Of a stretch of DNA of 64,000 nucleotides, positions 21,204 to 31,142 are shown piece after piece. The stretch is from an uncultured Planctomycetota bacterium. GTDB lineage: Bacteria > Planctomycetota > Planctomycetia > Isosphaerales > Isosphaeraceae. The DNA lies in NCBI GenBank assembly GCA_963845755.1, contig CAWJTV010000025.1, forward strand, positions 224,001 to 288,000. Direction: 5' to 3'. Numbering within the stretch: the first letter of the stretch is position 1; each line of letters starts with the position of its first letter. The notes beneath the pieces were generated by a model. That model worked only from the letters and a program-made list of their open reading frames with translations. It was not told where the DNA came from and did no database searches. The position numbers were made by a program, and so were the translations under genes.

Positions 21204-22862
21204 TCACAGCCCGCTAAGGTCGAGCGCGACGATGCGAACGCCGTGCTTCAGGCCCAGCTTCTTCACCACCTCTTCACTCGCCGGCACGCTGAAACTCCGA
21301 CGCGGAGGAATACTGATTCCCGAGAGCACGCGCGGAACCTCGTCCTTGCCGCTCTCGGTGCCCAGTGCCGCCACACCATTGAGTAGCAATGGCGAGGCAT
21401 TATCAATCCGCAACCGGTAGGTCAACTTTCCCTTCTCGCGAGGACCCTTGAGCAACTGCATCCGCACCAGACGGTTCAGCAGACCCTCCGCCAACGAATC
21501 GGCGAACTTGGCCGCCTCGAACTTGCCGTCCTCGCCCTTGATCGGGACCGTGAACTTGCCGAAGGGAATCCACTTCGCCCCGGCGCCATCGCTGCTGACG
21601 ACCTGGACCAGGGCCGCGTCTCCCTTGAGGCGCACCCGGAACGCCACCGACGGCCCGGCCGGCCGCGCCGGAATCCCGCGCTCCGCGTAGAGGCCCAGCA
21701 CGATCTTGCCTTGCAAAAGTTGGCTCGTCTCGGCCGCCAACTTCTCGCCGGCCGCGTCGGCCCCGTCCACCTGGAAGTGCACCCGGCCTGTCTCGCCGTC
21801 CGCCAGGGTGTCCAGATGCTCGACGAAATCGTGCGCCAGGGTCAACTCGTACCCGTTGGCCCAGTCCCGCGAGAGCTGCGCGATCGTCTCCCAGTCCAGG
21901 CCCGCCCCCAGTCGCCACAGGACCAGTTGCGCCACCCGCGTGGACGCCGTCTGGGCCGCCAGACGCTTCAGGGCCTTCTGCAGCCGGGGATCATCACTGA
22001 CCTCGCTGATATCGCCGATCTTGAACGACTCGCCTTGAGCGGGCAACTTGAGACCCTGTCGGGGATCGGGGTTGGTCAGGCTGATGAAGCGCGTGGGCAG
22101 ATTACGAGTCTGACCGGGCTTGAGATCGGCGAACGGCAGGCTCGACGGCGGCACCGACATCATGCCACCCATGCCGCCGCCCATCATGCCGCCGCCCATT
22201 CCGCCACCCATGCCGCCCATTCCGCCACCCATGCCACCACCCATTCCACCCATCCGGCCCATGCCGATCATCAGGCTTCGCCGGTCCCAGCTATCGAAGT
22301 CTCCGCAGAAATACATGATGATATTGGCGAGCATCATCATGCCCATCATCGGCGGCATCGTGCGGGCACCACCGCCCATCATCCCACCGCGCATCATGCC
22401 ACCGCCCATACCACCGCCCATGCCACCGCCCATACCGCCGCCCATGCCGCCGCCCATACCACCCATGCCACCCATCATGCCACCGCCCATACCACCGCCC
22501 ATGCCGCCCATCATTCCGCCCATCTGGCCGGTGGCGCTCTGGGCGACGATTCCCGGCGGCAGAATGACCCGCAGCGGCTTCTGGGTCCGATTCTTCACGG
22601 TGACGGTCACCCGACCGTCGCCGCTCCCCTCCGTTTTCACGGACACGAGCCCCTGGTGCATCGCATCGAGCAGATTGAACTCCGGCGGTTCCGGGCTAGC
22701 CTTATCCGGCGATAGGGACGCTGGTTTCGCCTGGGAGGTCGCGGGCGGGACGGCCGCCGCGGTCGGGTCGGCAGGACGGTCGTCGGAGGCCCGGACCGTC
22801 GTCGGGCCGCCCAAGAGGCCGGCCATCAGAAAGGCTGTCACAAGAGAAAAGAGTCGTCGCAT
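21204..22862 (-). CDS. Secreted Gly/Met-repeat hypothetical protein, copy 1 (552 aa)
   Basis: AAAGGAG RBS, signal peptide MRRLFSLVTAFLMAG, two GGM arrays around ARTMPPMMGMMMLANIIMYFCGDFDSWDRRSLM, ends ALDLSGL. Confidence 0.85.
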   Translation of the reverse strand: MRRLFSLVTAFLMAGLLGGPTTVRASDDRPADPTAAAVPPATSQAKPASLSPDKASPEPPEFNLLDAMHQGLVSVKTEGSGDGRVTVTVKNRTQKPLRVILPPGIVAQSATGQMGGMMGGMGGGMGGGMMGGMGGMGGGMGGGMGGGMGGGMGGGMMRGGMMGGGARTMPPMMGMMMLANIIMYFCGDFDSWDRRSLMIGMGRMGGMGGGMGGGMGGMGGGMGGGMMGGGMGGMMSVPPSSLPFADLKPGQTRNLPTRFISLTNPDPRQGLKLPAQGESFKIGDISEVSDDPRLQKALKRLAAQTASTRVAQLVLWRLGAGLDWETIAQLSRDWANGYELTLAHDFVEHLDTLADGETGRVHFQVDGADAAGEKLAAETSQLLQGKIVLGLYAERGIPARPAGPSVAFRVRLKGDAALVQVVSSDGAGAKWIPFGKFTVPIKGEDGKFEAAKFADSLAEGLLNRLVRMQLLKGPREKGKLTYRLRIDNASPLLLNGVAALGTESGKDEVPRVLSGISIPPRRSFSVPASEEVVKKLGLKHGVRIVALDLSGL

Positions 22863-23333
22863 TGCACTTCTCCTTTCGGCGAGTTCTCGGCGCAGTGAAA
22901 AGATGAAATCACATGAAAATATCTCGACTGACTGTCGAAAGCCGTGACACGGAGCATTGCGAGGAGGGGCATCACGTGTGTGGGCGTACATTCGCCCCTC
23001 CGACGTGACCCTCCGATCCACGGGGATCCCTTGGTGGGACAGTAGGCGTCTGGCTCAGGTCCGTCGCCCGCCCAACCGATGACGAATTCGCTGAGCCAAG
23101 TCCCTCGCTCACCGTCCGGGTGAGGCAACGGAAGGATCAGAATCATGGCGACTGGCGCCCCCGGCAGATTCACCCGAACGCATACCGCCCCATGTCCGCT
23201 CAGAGAGTGGCGCAGTAAATCCGGTCGGAGTGCGATCCGAGGCAGCAACCTCACGCCGTGGCTGAGGCGGAAGCGATGGCGAGACCAGCGACGGTGAGAC
23301 CGCCTGGGCGAAGGAAGGGAAAAGGCGGCGGGA

Positions 23334-23675
23334 TCAACAGCGCAATGGGACTGTGGCCAGCCGTCGGCTCGACCTCGGCCCATTCGAAATCGAGGAGACT
23401 TCGTGACTGGGGCTGGCTACGGGGCCAAGATCCGACTCCTGAATGATACGAGGATTCGTCTCTTCAAGCACGGACTTCAGCCGGCGCCATGGGGAGTAGA
23501 TAGCCACCGAACAGGGACGTGGAACGGAAGAAGCGTACGATGGCTTCATGCAATCGCGGGGGACGCGAGTCGTATGGTAGTTGGCAGGACGCTTGACATG
23601 GCGAATGCCGGCCGTGGCGAAAGCGAGTGAGAATCCCACCACCAGCATGAATATTGTCGAACGTCGCCACGACAT
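23334..23675 (-). CDS. Small signal-peptide protein A (113 aa, ends RRLATVPLRC)
   Basis: GGGAG RBS, hydrophobic N-terminus, paralogous to the ORFs at 26108 and 28932. Confidence 0.75.
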   Translation of the reverse strand: MSWRRSTIFMLVVGFSLAFATAGIRHVKRPANYHTTRVPRDCMKPSYASSVPRPCSVAIYSPWRRLKSVLEETNPRIIQESDLGPVASPSHEVSSISNGPRSSRRLATVPLRC

Positions 23676-23909
23676 CGACCCACTCCCAAACACCTAGTCG
23701 GCTTACGGAAAACGCCGGCAGGCTTTGTAGACCCTTCCGTCTTCAAAAAATACCGGACTCCCCACCGGTAGTCAAGTCGAATTCAACTCAATCTTAAATG
23801 GAGGCGCGTCTCTATGGCAGATTGGTCTTTGATTGGCGATGCCGAGCTGTCCAGCTACAGATTCCCGGCCGACTGACGGTCGCAACCGGGAATGTGCCGG
23901 ATCCGGAAA

Positions 23910-23940
23910 CGGCCCTGGGCGAGCGAGTCGCCCAGGGCCG
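23910..23940 (-). terminator. Hairpin downstream of Gly/Met copy 2
   Basis: CGGCCCTGGGCGA-GCGAG-TCGCCCAGGGCCG; homologues at 26692 and 29374. Confidence 0.65.
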
Positions 23941-23988
23941 ACGTCCTTGAGTCCACGGCCCTTGCGCTCGGGGCCGGCCGGGGATCGA

Positions 23989-25639
23989 TCACAGCCCACT
24001 GAGGTCGAGCGCGACGATGCGAACGCCGTGCTTCAGGCCCAGCTTCTTCACCACCTCTTCACTCGCCGGCACGCTGAAACTCCGACGCGGAGGAATACTG
24101 ATTCCCGAGAGCACGCGCGGAACCTCGTCTTTCGCACTCTCGGTGCCCAGTGCCGCCAACCCATTGAGCAGCAGCGGCGAGGCATTATCAATCCGCAACC
24201 GGTAGGTCAGCTTTCCCTTCTCGCGAGAACCCTTGAGCAACTGCATCCGCACCAGGCGGTTCAGCAGACCCTCCGCCAACGAATCGGCGAACTTGGCCGC
24301 CTCGAACTGGCCGCCCTCGCCCTTGACCGGGACCGTGAACTTGCCGAAGGGAATCCACTTCGCCCCGGCGCCATCGCTGCTGACGACCTGGACCAGGGCC
24401 GCGTCTCCCTTGAGGCGCACCCGGAACGCCACCGACGGCCCGGCCGGCCGCGCCGGAATCCCGCGCTCCGCGTAGAGGCCCAGCACGATCTTGCCTTGCA
24501 AGAGCTGGCTCGTCTCGGCCGCCAGCTTCTCGCCGGCCGCGTCGGTCCCGTCCACCTGGAAGTGCACCCGGCCCGTCTCGCCGTCGGCCAGGGTGTCCAG
24601 GTGCTCGACGAAATCGCTGCGCCAGGGTCAACTCGTACCCGTTGGCCCAGCTCTGCGACAACTTCGCGATCGTCTCCCAGTCCAGGCCCGCCGCGAGTCG
24701 CCACATGATCAGTTGCGCCACCCGCGTGGACGCCGTCTGGGCCGCCAGACGTTTCAGGGCCTTCTGCAGCCGGAGATCATCACTGACCTCGCTGATATCC
24801 CCGATCTTGAACAGCTCGCCTTGAGCGGGCAACCTGAGGCCCTGATTGGGATCGGGATTGGTCAGGCTGATGAAGCGTGTGGGCAGATTACGAGTCTGAC
24901 CGGGCTTGAGGTCGGCGAACGGCAGGCTCGACGGCGGCACTGACATCATGCCACCCATGCCGCCGCCCATCATGCCGCCGCCCATTCCGCCACCCATTCC
25001 GCCGCCCATACCGCCGCCCATACCGCCACCCATTCCACCCATCCGGCCCATGCCGATCATCAGGCTTCGCCGGTCCCAGCTATCGAAGTCTCCGCAGAAA
25101 TACATGACGATATTGGCGAGCATCATCATGCCCATCATCGGCGGCATCGTGCGGGCGCCGCCGCCCATACCGCCGCCCATACCACCACCCATACCGCCCC
25201 TCATACCGCCGCCCATACCACCGCCCATACCGCCGCCCATACCGCCGCCCATACCACCGCCCATACCGCCACCACCCATCCCGCCCATCATGCCACCCAT
25301 CTGACCGGTGGCACTCTGAGCGATGATTCCCGGCGGTAAAACGACGCGGAGGATCTTGCGAGTACGATTGGTCACGGAGACGGTCACGCGACCATCGCCG
25401 CTCCCCTCGGCTTTCACGGACACGAGCCCCCTATGCATCGCGTCGGGCAAGTTGAACTCGGGCGGGCCCTCCTCGGCCTTATCTTGTGAGACGGATGCTG
25501 GTTTCGCCGCAGAGGTCGCAGGTTGGGCCGCTGTCGTGGTTCTTTCAGCACGACTGTCGTCGTCGGCGCGGGCGGTTGCCAGGCAGCCGACGAAGCCGGC
25601 TACCAGGAACGCTGCGGAAAAGGGAAAACATTGTCGCAT
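23989..25639 (-). CDS. Secreted Gly/Met-repeat hypothetical protein, copy 2 (+1 frameshift near 24617)
   Basis: Near-identical to copy 1 in the C-terminal two thirds; AAATCGCTGCGCC versus AAATCGTGCGCC in copy 1. Confidence 0.8.
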
Positions 25640-26107
25640 GGCACTGGTCCTTTCGGCGAGTTTTTCGGGGTAGGAAAGATCAGCAAAGAACATGAAGACA
25701 TTTTGACTGATGATGGCCCAGGCCATGATCCGGACTGTAGGCGGAGAGTCGGCGCGAGCACGACCCCACCCGTCCAGCCTGGCCCACCCCTTCCGTAGGG
25801 GCCCTGGTCTTGGAAGGCAGCCGTCTGGTTGCGGCCCCTCGCCCGCTCCGCCTCCGGCGCGCCCGCTCGAGGCAAGCCTCAGAGAGAGCCAGTCCGGGAG
25901 ACGAAATGGAAGAGTTGCGCCACGGCGACTTGGCGCCCCCAGCCGATTCATCTGGGTGGCGGCAAGGGACATCTCAGGCCAGCAGTCGCAAGCATCCGGG
26001 CGGAGACTGGCCCCAGTCGGCAAGCTCACGCTCGGGCTGTTACAGGATCCGTGGTGGGACCGGCAACAGTGATGCGGCGCAGGCGAACGCGGGGGCAAGC
26101 GGCGGGC

Positions 26108-26452
26108 TCAACAGCGCAAAGGCAATGTGGCGAGCCGGCGGCGCGGGCTCGACCCGGTCGAAACGAAGGGGATGAAATGACTCGGGCTGGTTATGGCGGC
26201 GAGGTCCGACGCCTCGAAGATTCGAGGACTCGTCTGTTCCAACACCGACTTGAGCCGGTTCCGCCATTGGGAGTGTTGGGAGAGCGACGAGGGTTGCGGA
26301 ACGCACTGGGAAGGGACTTGCTCTTCGCGGTCGAACGCGCTGCGACGAACATCGAGGTTGGTACGAGCCTCGGCGACTGAAAAGGCGGTCGCGGTGGAAA
26401 CGGGCAGGAGCCCCGCGACCAGTACGAGCATTGCCAAGCGTCGCAGCCACAT
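26108..26452 (-). CDS. Small signal-peptide protein B (114 aa, ends RRLATLPLRC)
   Basis: GGGAG RBS, MWLRRLAMLVLVAGLL, WRNRLKSVLEQTSPRI. Confidence 0.75.
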   Translation of the reverse strand: MWLRRLAMLVLVAGLLPVSTATAFSVAEARTNLDVRRSAFDREEQVPSQCVPQPSSLSQHSQWRNRLKSVLEQTSPRIFEASDLAAITSPSHFIPFVSTGSSPRRRLATLPLRC

Positions 26453-26691
26453 CAGCCTGCTCCCGCAGAAGTTGGTCAGACTCCACGTCGCCTTCGCAGG
26501 CTTCGTAGACCCCGCCCATGGTGTGCAACCATACCGGGCTCCTCGGGGAAAGTCAAGTCGGATTGACCATAATATTCGATTAAAATACTTTTCTCTGTTA
26601 GATTGGTCTTCGATCGGGAATGCCGGGCTGTCCACCGGGAGATTCCCGGCCGAGGGCCGGTTGCGGGACGGGCTTGATCGGAATCATGGAA

Positions 26692-26722
26692 GCACCCCGA
26701 GCGAGCGGTTCGCCCAGGGCGC
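26692..26722 (-). terminator. Hairpin downstream of Gly/Met copy 3
   Basis: 13 bp stem that pairs fully on the minus strand using G-U pairs. Confidence 0.6.
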
Positions 26723-26787
26723 ATGTCCTTGAATGAACGGTCGCCGCGCCACTCGCCCGACGGGCTCGGAGAGCGGCCAGGCTGGGA

Positions 26788-28450
26788 TCACAACCCGCTG
26801 AGGTCGAGCGCGACGATGCGAACGCCGTGCTTCAGGCCCAGCTTCTTCACCACCTCTTCACTCGCCGGCACGCTGAAGCTCCGACGCGGAGGAATACTGA
26901 TTCCCGAGAGCACGCGCGGAACCTCATCCTTGCCGCTCTCGGTGCCCAGTGCCGCCACACCATTGAGCAGCAATGGCGAGGCGTTCTCGATCCGCAACCG
27001 GTAGGTCAACTTTCCCTTCTCGCGAGGACCCTTGAGCAACTGCATCCGCACCAGGCGGTTCAACAGCCCTTCCGCCAACGAATCGGCGAACTTGGCCGCC
27101 TCGAACTTGCCATTCTCGCTCTTGACGGAGACCGTGAACTTGCCGAAGGGAATCCACTTCGCCCCCGCGCCGTCGCTGCTGACGACCTGGACCAGGGCCG
27201 CGTCTCCCTTGAGGCGCACCCGGAACGCCACCGACGGCCCGGCCGGCCGCGCCGGAATCCCGCGCTCCGCGTAGAGGCCCAGCACGATCTTGCCTTGCAA
27301 GAGCTGGCTCGTCTCGGCCGCCAGCTTCTCGCCGGCCGCGTCGGTCCCGTCCACCTGGAAGTGCACCCGGCCCGTCTCGCCGTCGGCCAGGGTGTCCAGG
27401 TGCTCGACGAAATCGCGCGCCAGGGTCAACTCGTACCCGTTGGCCCAGTCCCGCGAGAGCTGCGCGATCGTCTCCCAGTCCAGGCCCGCCCCCAGCCGCC
27501 ACAGGACCAGTTGCGCCACCCGCGTGGACGCCGTCTGGGCCGCCAGGCGCTTCAGGGCCTTCTGCAGCCGGGGATCATCACTGACCTCGCTGATATCGCC
27601 GATCTTGAACGACTCGCCTTGAGCGGGCAACTTGAGACCCTGTCGGGGATCGGGGTTGGTCAGGCTGATGAAGCGCGTGGGCAGATTACGGGTCTGGCCG
27701 GGCTTGAGATCGGCGAACGGCAGGCTCGACGGCGGCACCGACATCATGCCCCCCATGCCGCCGCCCATCATGCCGCCGCCCATTCCGCCACCCATGCCAC
27801 CCATTCCGCCACCCATGCCACCGCCCATGCCACCCATCCGGCCCATGCCGATCATCAGGCTTCGCCGGTCCCAGCTATCGAAGTCTCCGCAGAAATACAT
27901 GACGATATTGGCGAGCATCATCATGCCCATCATCGGCGGCATCGTGCGGGCGCCACCGCCCATACCACCCATCATGCCGCCGCCCATACCGCCACCCATA
28001 CCACCCATACCACCGCCCATGCCACCGCCCATGCCACCGCCCATGCCACCCATACCACCCATCATGCCACCGCCCATACCACCGCCCATACCGCCCATCA
28101 TTCCGCCCATCTGGCCGGTGGCGCTCTGGGCGACGATTCCCGGCGGCAGAACGACCCGCAGCGGCTTCTGGGTCCGATTCTTCACGGTGACGGTCACCCG
28201 ACCGTCGCCGCTCCCCTCCGTTTTCACGGACACGAGCCCCTGGTGCATCGCATCGAGCAGATTGAACTCCGGCGGTTCCGGGCTAGCCTTATCCGGCGAT
28301 AGAGACGCTGGTTTCGCCTGCGGAGGTCGCGGGCGGGACGGCCGCCGCGGTCGGGTCGGCAGGACGGTCGTCGGAGGCCCGGACCGTCGTCAGGCCGCCC
28401 AGGAATCCGGCGGCCAGGAACACTGCGGAAAGAGCGAAGAACGGTCGCAT
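26788..28450 (-). CDS. Secreted Gly/Met-repeat hypothetical protein, copy 3 (+1 frameshift near 28321)
   Basis: Near-identical to copy 1; GCCTGCGGAGG versus GCCTGGGAGG; AAGGAG RBS before the ATG at 28450. Confidence 0.8.
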
Positions 28451-28931
28451 TGCACGTCTCCTTCAGGAGAGTTTCGGTGTGAAAACGATCAACAAATTAC
28501 ATGAAAACATACCGAATCATGATAGTCCGGGCCGCGGCCCGTGCAATTCGCCGGCGGATCCCATCACGAGCACAAGCACGAGTGCGACTCCGCCCGCCTT
28601 GACGTGGCTTGCCGATCCACGCAAGCCCTTCGTTCGGGAAGCGGCCGCCCGCTTGAGGCCCCCGTCCGATCCGCCGATGAAGCGTCACCGAAGGTCAGGC
28701 CCGCGAGTGCACCGGTTCGGATGACCGAACGGCAGACTTCGAAATTCAGGGGCTGGTGTCACCAGCCGGTTCACCCGGACGCATCCGGGGCGTGGCGTGT
28801 CAGCGGTCACAACGGATCCGGATGGACCGCAGTCTGGGGCGGGAAGCTCGTTCTGTACGCTGATGCCGAACGGTTGTCGGACCAGCGACGGCGAGGCCGC
28901 CCGGGGCGAAGGAAGGGAAAGTGGGGTGGGA

Positions 28932-29273
28932 TCAACAGCGCAGCGGGACTCTGGCGAGCCGTCGGTTCAGGCTCGACCCGCTCGGAACGAAGGGATTCCC
29001 ATGATGCTGGCTGGGTACGGGGCCAAGATCGGATTCCTCGATGATTCGAGGACTCGTCTCTTCGAGTACAGACTTGAGCCGGCGCCATGGGGAATAGATG
29101 GAGACCGAGGAGGGACGCGGTGCGGAGAGAACACTGGCGTGTTTCTCCGCTCCGACGGCGATGCAGGTGGAATCAGGCTTGGCACGGTCGTTGACCTGTC
29201 GATCGCCGGGCGTGGAGGAAGCGAGCCAGAAGCCCGCGACCATCATGAGCATTGCCAAGCATCGCGACCACAT
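28932..29273 (-). CDS. Small signal-peptide protein C (113 aa, ends RRLARVPLRC)
   Basis: MWSRCLAMLMMVAGFWLA, YSPWRRLKSVLEETSPRIIEESDLGPV. Confidence 0.75.
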   Translation of the reverse strand: MWSRCLAMLMMVAGFWLASSTPGDRQVNDRAKPDSTCIAVGAEKHASVLSAPRPSSVSIYSPWRRLKSVLEETSPRIIEESDLGPVPSQHHGNPFVPSGSSLNRRLARVPLRC

Positions 29274-29373
29274 CGATGCAACCCTTAAAAACTTGGTCGG
29301 GACGGAAATCGCCTTTGCAGGCTTTGCAAATCCCTTCCCCAAAGATGTGAAAAAAGTCCGGGATCCTGGAACG

Positions 29374-29400
29374 GCCCTGGGCGAGCGAGTCGCCCAGGGC
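29374..29400 (-). terminator. Hairpin downstream of Gly/Met copy 4
   Basis: GCCCTGGGCGA-GCGAG-TCGCCCAGGGC. Confidence 0.6.
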
Positions 29401-29477
29401 ACACGTCTTTTGTATCCGTCGGTCCCGTGTTCAGCCCGCGGGCCATCGGCCCAAGGGGTGAGACCGACCGGCCGGGA

Positions 29478-31142
29478 TCACAGTCCGCTGAGGTCCAGCG
29501 CCATCACGCGGATGCCTTGCTTCAGACCGAGCGCCTTGACGGCCTCCTCGGAGGCGGGAAGCGTCATGTGCTTCCGAGGCGGGATGCTGATCCCCGAGAG
29601 CAGCTTGGGAGCCTCTCCGGGCTTGTCCACCGTACCCATCACGGCCAATCCGTTGAGGTTCAGCGGCGAGACATTGTCGATCCGGATTCCGTAAGTCAGC
29701 TTGCCCTTCTCGCGGGGCCCCTTGATCAACTGGGCCCGGACGAGGCGGTTGATGATGCCCTCAGCCAGCGCTTCGGCGAACCGTGCGCTCTCGAACTTTC
29801 CGCGATCCTTGGTGACCGGCACCGAGAACTTGCCGAAGGGGAGCCAGTTCCGGGCCCAACCGTCGCTGCTGACGACCTGGACGACCGCGTCGCTGTCGCG
29901 GAACCGCACCTGGCAGGCCACCGCCGGTCCCTCCGGTCGCGACGGAACCCCGATGACCGCTTGAAGCCCGAGCACCGTCTTCCCCTTCATCAGTTCGGAG
30001 AGTTCGGCCGCCCGCGACTCGCTCGACGCGTCCGTCCCGGTGATCTGGAATAAGATCCGCCCGGTTTCGCCTTCCGGCAACGCGCCCAATCGGTCCACGA
30101 AGTCCCGGGCCAGGGTCAGTTCGTTTTGGTTCGCCCACTTCTGGGAGAGTTGGGCGATGGAATCCCAGTCCAACCCGCCGGCCAGCCGCCACATGACGAG
30201 TTGCGCCACCGACGCGGGGACCATCCGGCCGCTGAGTCGCTTGAGAGCTTTCTGCACCTGCGGATCGTTGTTCACTTGCGCGATGTCTCCCACGATCCGG
30301 AGGATTTCTCCCTTCTCGGGCAGGGCGACTCCATTCTCGGGATCCGGATTGGTGAGACTGACCACGCTGGTCGGCAAGTGCCGGGTCTGCTTGGGTTTCA
30401 GATCGGCGGATGGGAGACTCGACGGCGGAACCGACATCATCCCGCCCATACCACCACCCATGCCGCCCATACCACCACCCATGCCGCCGCCCATGCCGCC
30501 GCCCATGCCGCCCATGCCGCCACCCATGCCGCCGCCACCCATGCCCATCATCAGGCTTCGCCGGTCCCAGCTATCGAAATCTCCGCAGAAGTACATGACG
30601 ATATTGGCGAGCATCATCATGCCCATCATCGGCGGCATCGTGCGGGCACCACCGCCCATACCGCCACCCATACCGCCGCCCATGCCACCGCCCATACCGC
30701 CGCCCATGCCACCGCCCATACCGCCGCCCATGCCACCGCCCATACCGCCGCCCATGCCACCGCCCATGCCACCCATGCCACCGCCCATACCGCCCATCTG
30801 GCCCGTGGCACCCTGGGCGACAATTCCCGGAGGAAGGATCACGCGGAGCGCGTGGTTGGTGCGGTTGGTCACGGAGATCGTGATCCGACCGTCGCCGATT
30901 CCTTCCGCCTGGGCGGAAACCAATTTCTGACTCATGGCATCGAGCAGGCTGTATTCGGGAACATCTTGCGTCGTCCCGGGTTCAGTCTTGGAGGTGGCCG
31001 TGGTCTTGGGTGCCTTGGCACTCGGCTTACCTTTGACCCGACTGCTGATCTTGACCTCCTGGGCAGAGACCCAGGCCGCCGGCAAGATGGCCATCAGGCC
31101 GCCGGCTACCAACGCGATAAAACCATGTAACGACTGACGCAT
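29478..31142 (-). CDS. Secreted Gly/Met-repeat hypothetical protein, copy 4 (most divergent, 554 aa)
   Basis: Signal peptide MRQSLHGFIALVAGG, same architecture, ends MALDLSGL. Confidence 0.85.
   Translation of the reverse strand: MRQSLHGFIALVAGGLMAILPAAWVSAQEVKISSRVKGKPSAKAPKTTATSKTEPGTTQDVPEYSLLDAMSQKLVSAQAEGIGDGRITISVTNRTNHALRVILPPGIVAQGATGQMGGMGGGMGGMGGGMGGGMGGGMGGGMGGGMGGGMGGGMGGGMGGGMGGGARTMPPMMGMMMLANIVMYFCGDFDSWDRRSLMMGMGGGGMGGGMGGMGGGMGGGMGGGMGGMGGGMGGMMSVPPSSLPSADLKPKQTRHLPTSVVSLTNPDPENGVALPEKGEILRIVGDIAQVNNDPQVQKALKRLSGRMVPASVAQLVMWRLAGGLDWDSIAQLSQKWANQNELTLARDFVDRLGALPEGETGRILFQITGTDASSESRAAELSELMKGKTVLGLQAVIGVPSRPEGPAVACQVRFRDSDAVVQVVSSDGWARNWLPFGKFSVPVTKDRGKFESARFAEALAEGIINRLVRAQLIKGPREKGKLTYGIRIDNVSPLNLNGLAVMGTVDKPGEAPKLLSGISIPPRKHMTLPASEEAVKALGLKQGIRVMALDLSGL

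Noticed and set aside
22120..30930. Plus-strand Pro/Met/Ile- and His/Ala-rich ORFs (22120, 24906, 27632, 30040, 30126 and others)
   Set aside because: They are antisense shadows of the GGM repeats; RBS and signal peptides support the minus strand
21204..31142. Gly/Met proteins as GroEL paralogues
   Set aside because: GGM repeats are internal and no chaperonin motifs (for example GDGTTT) are present
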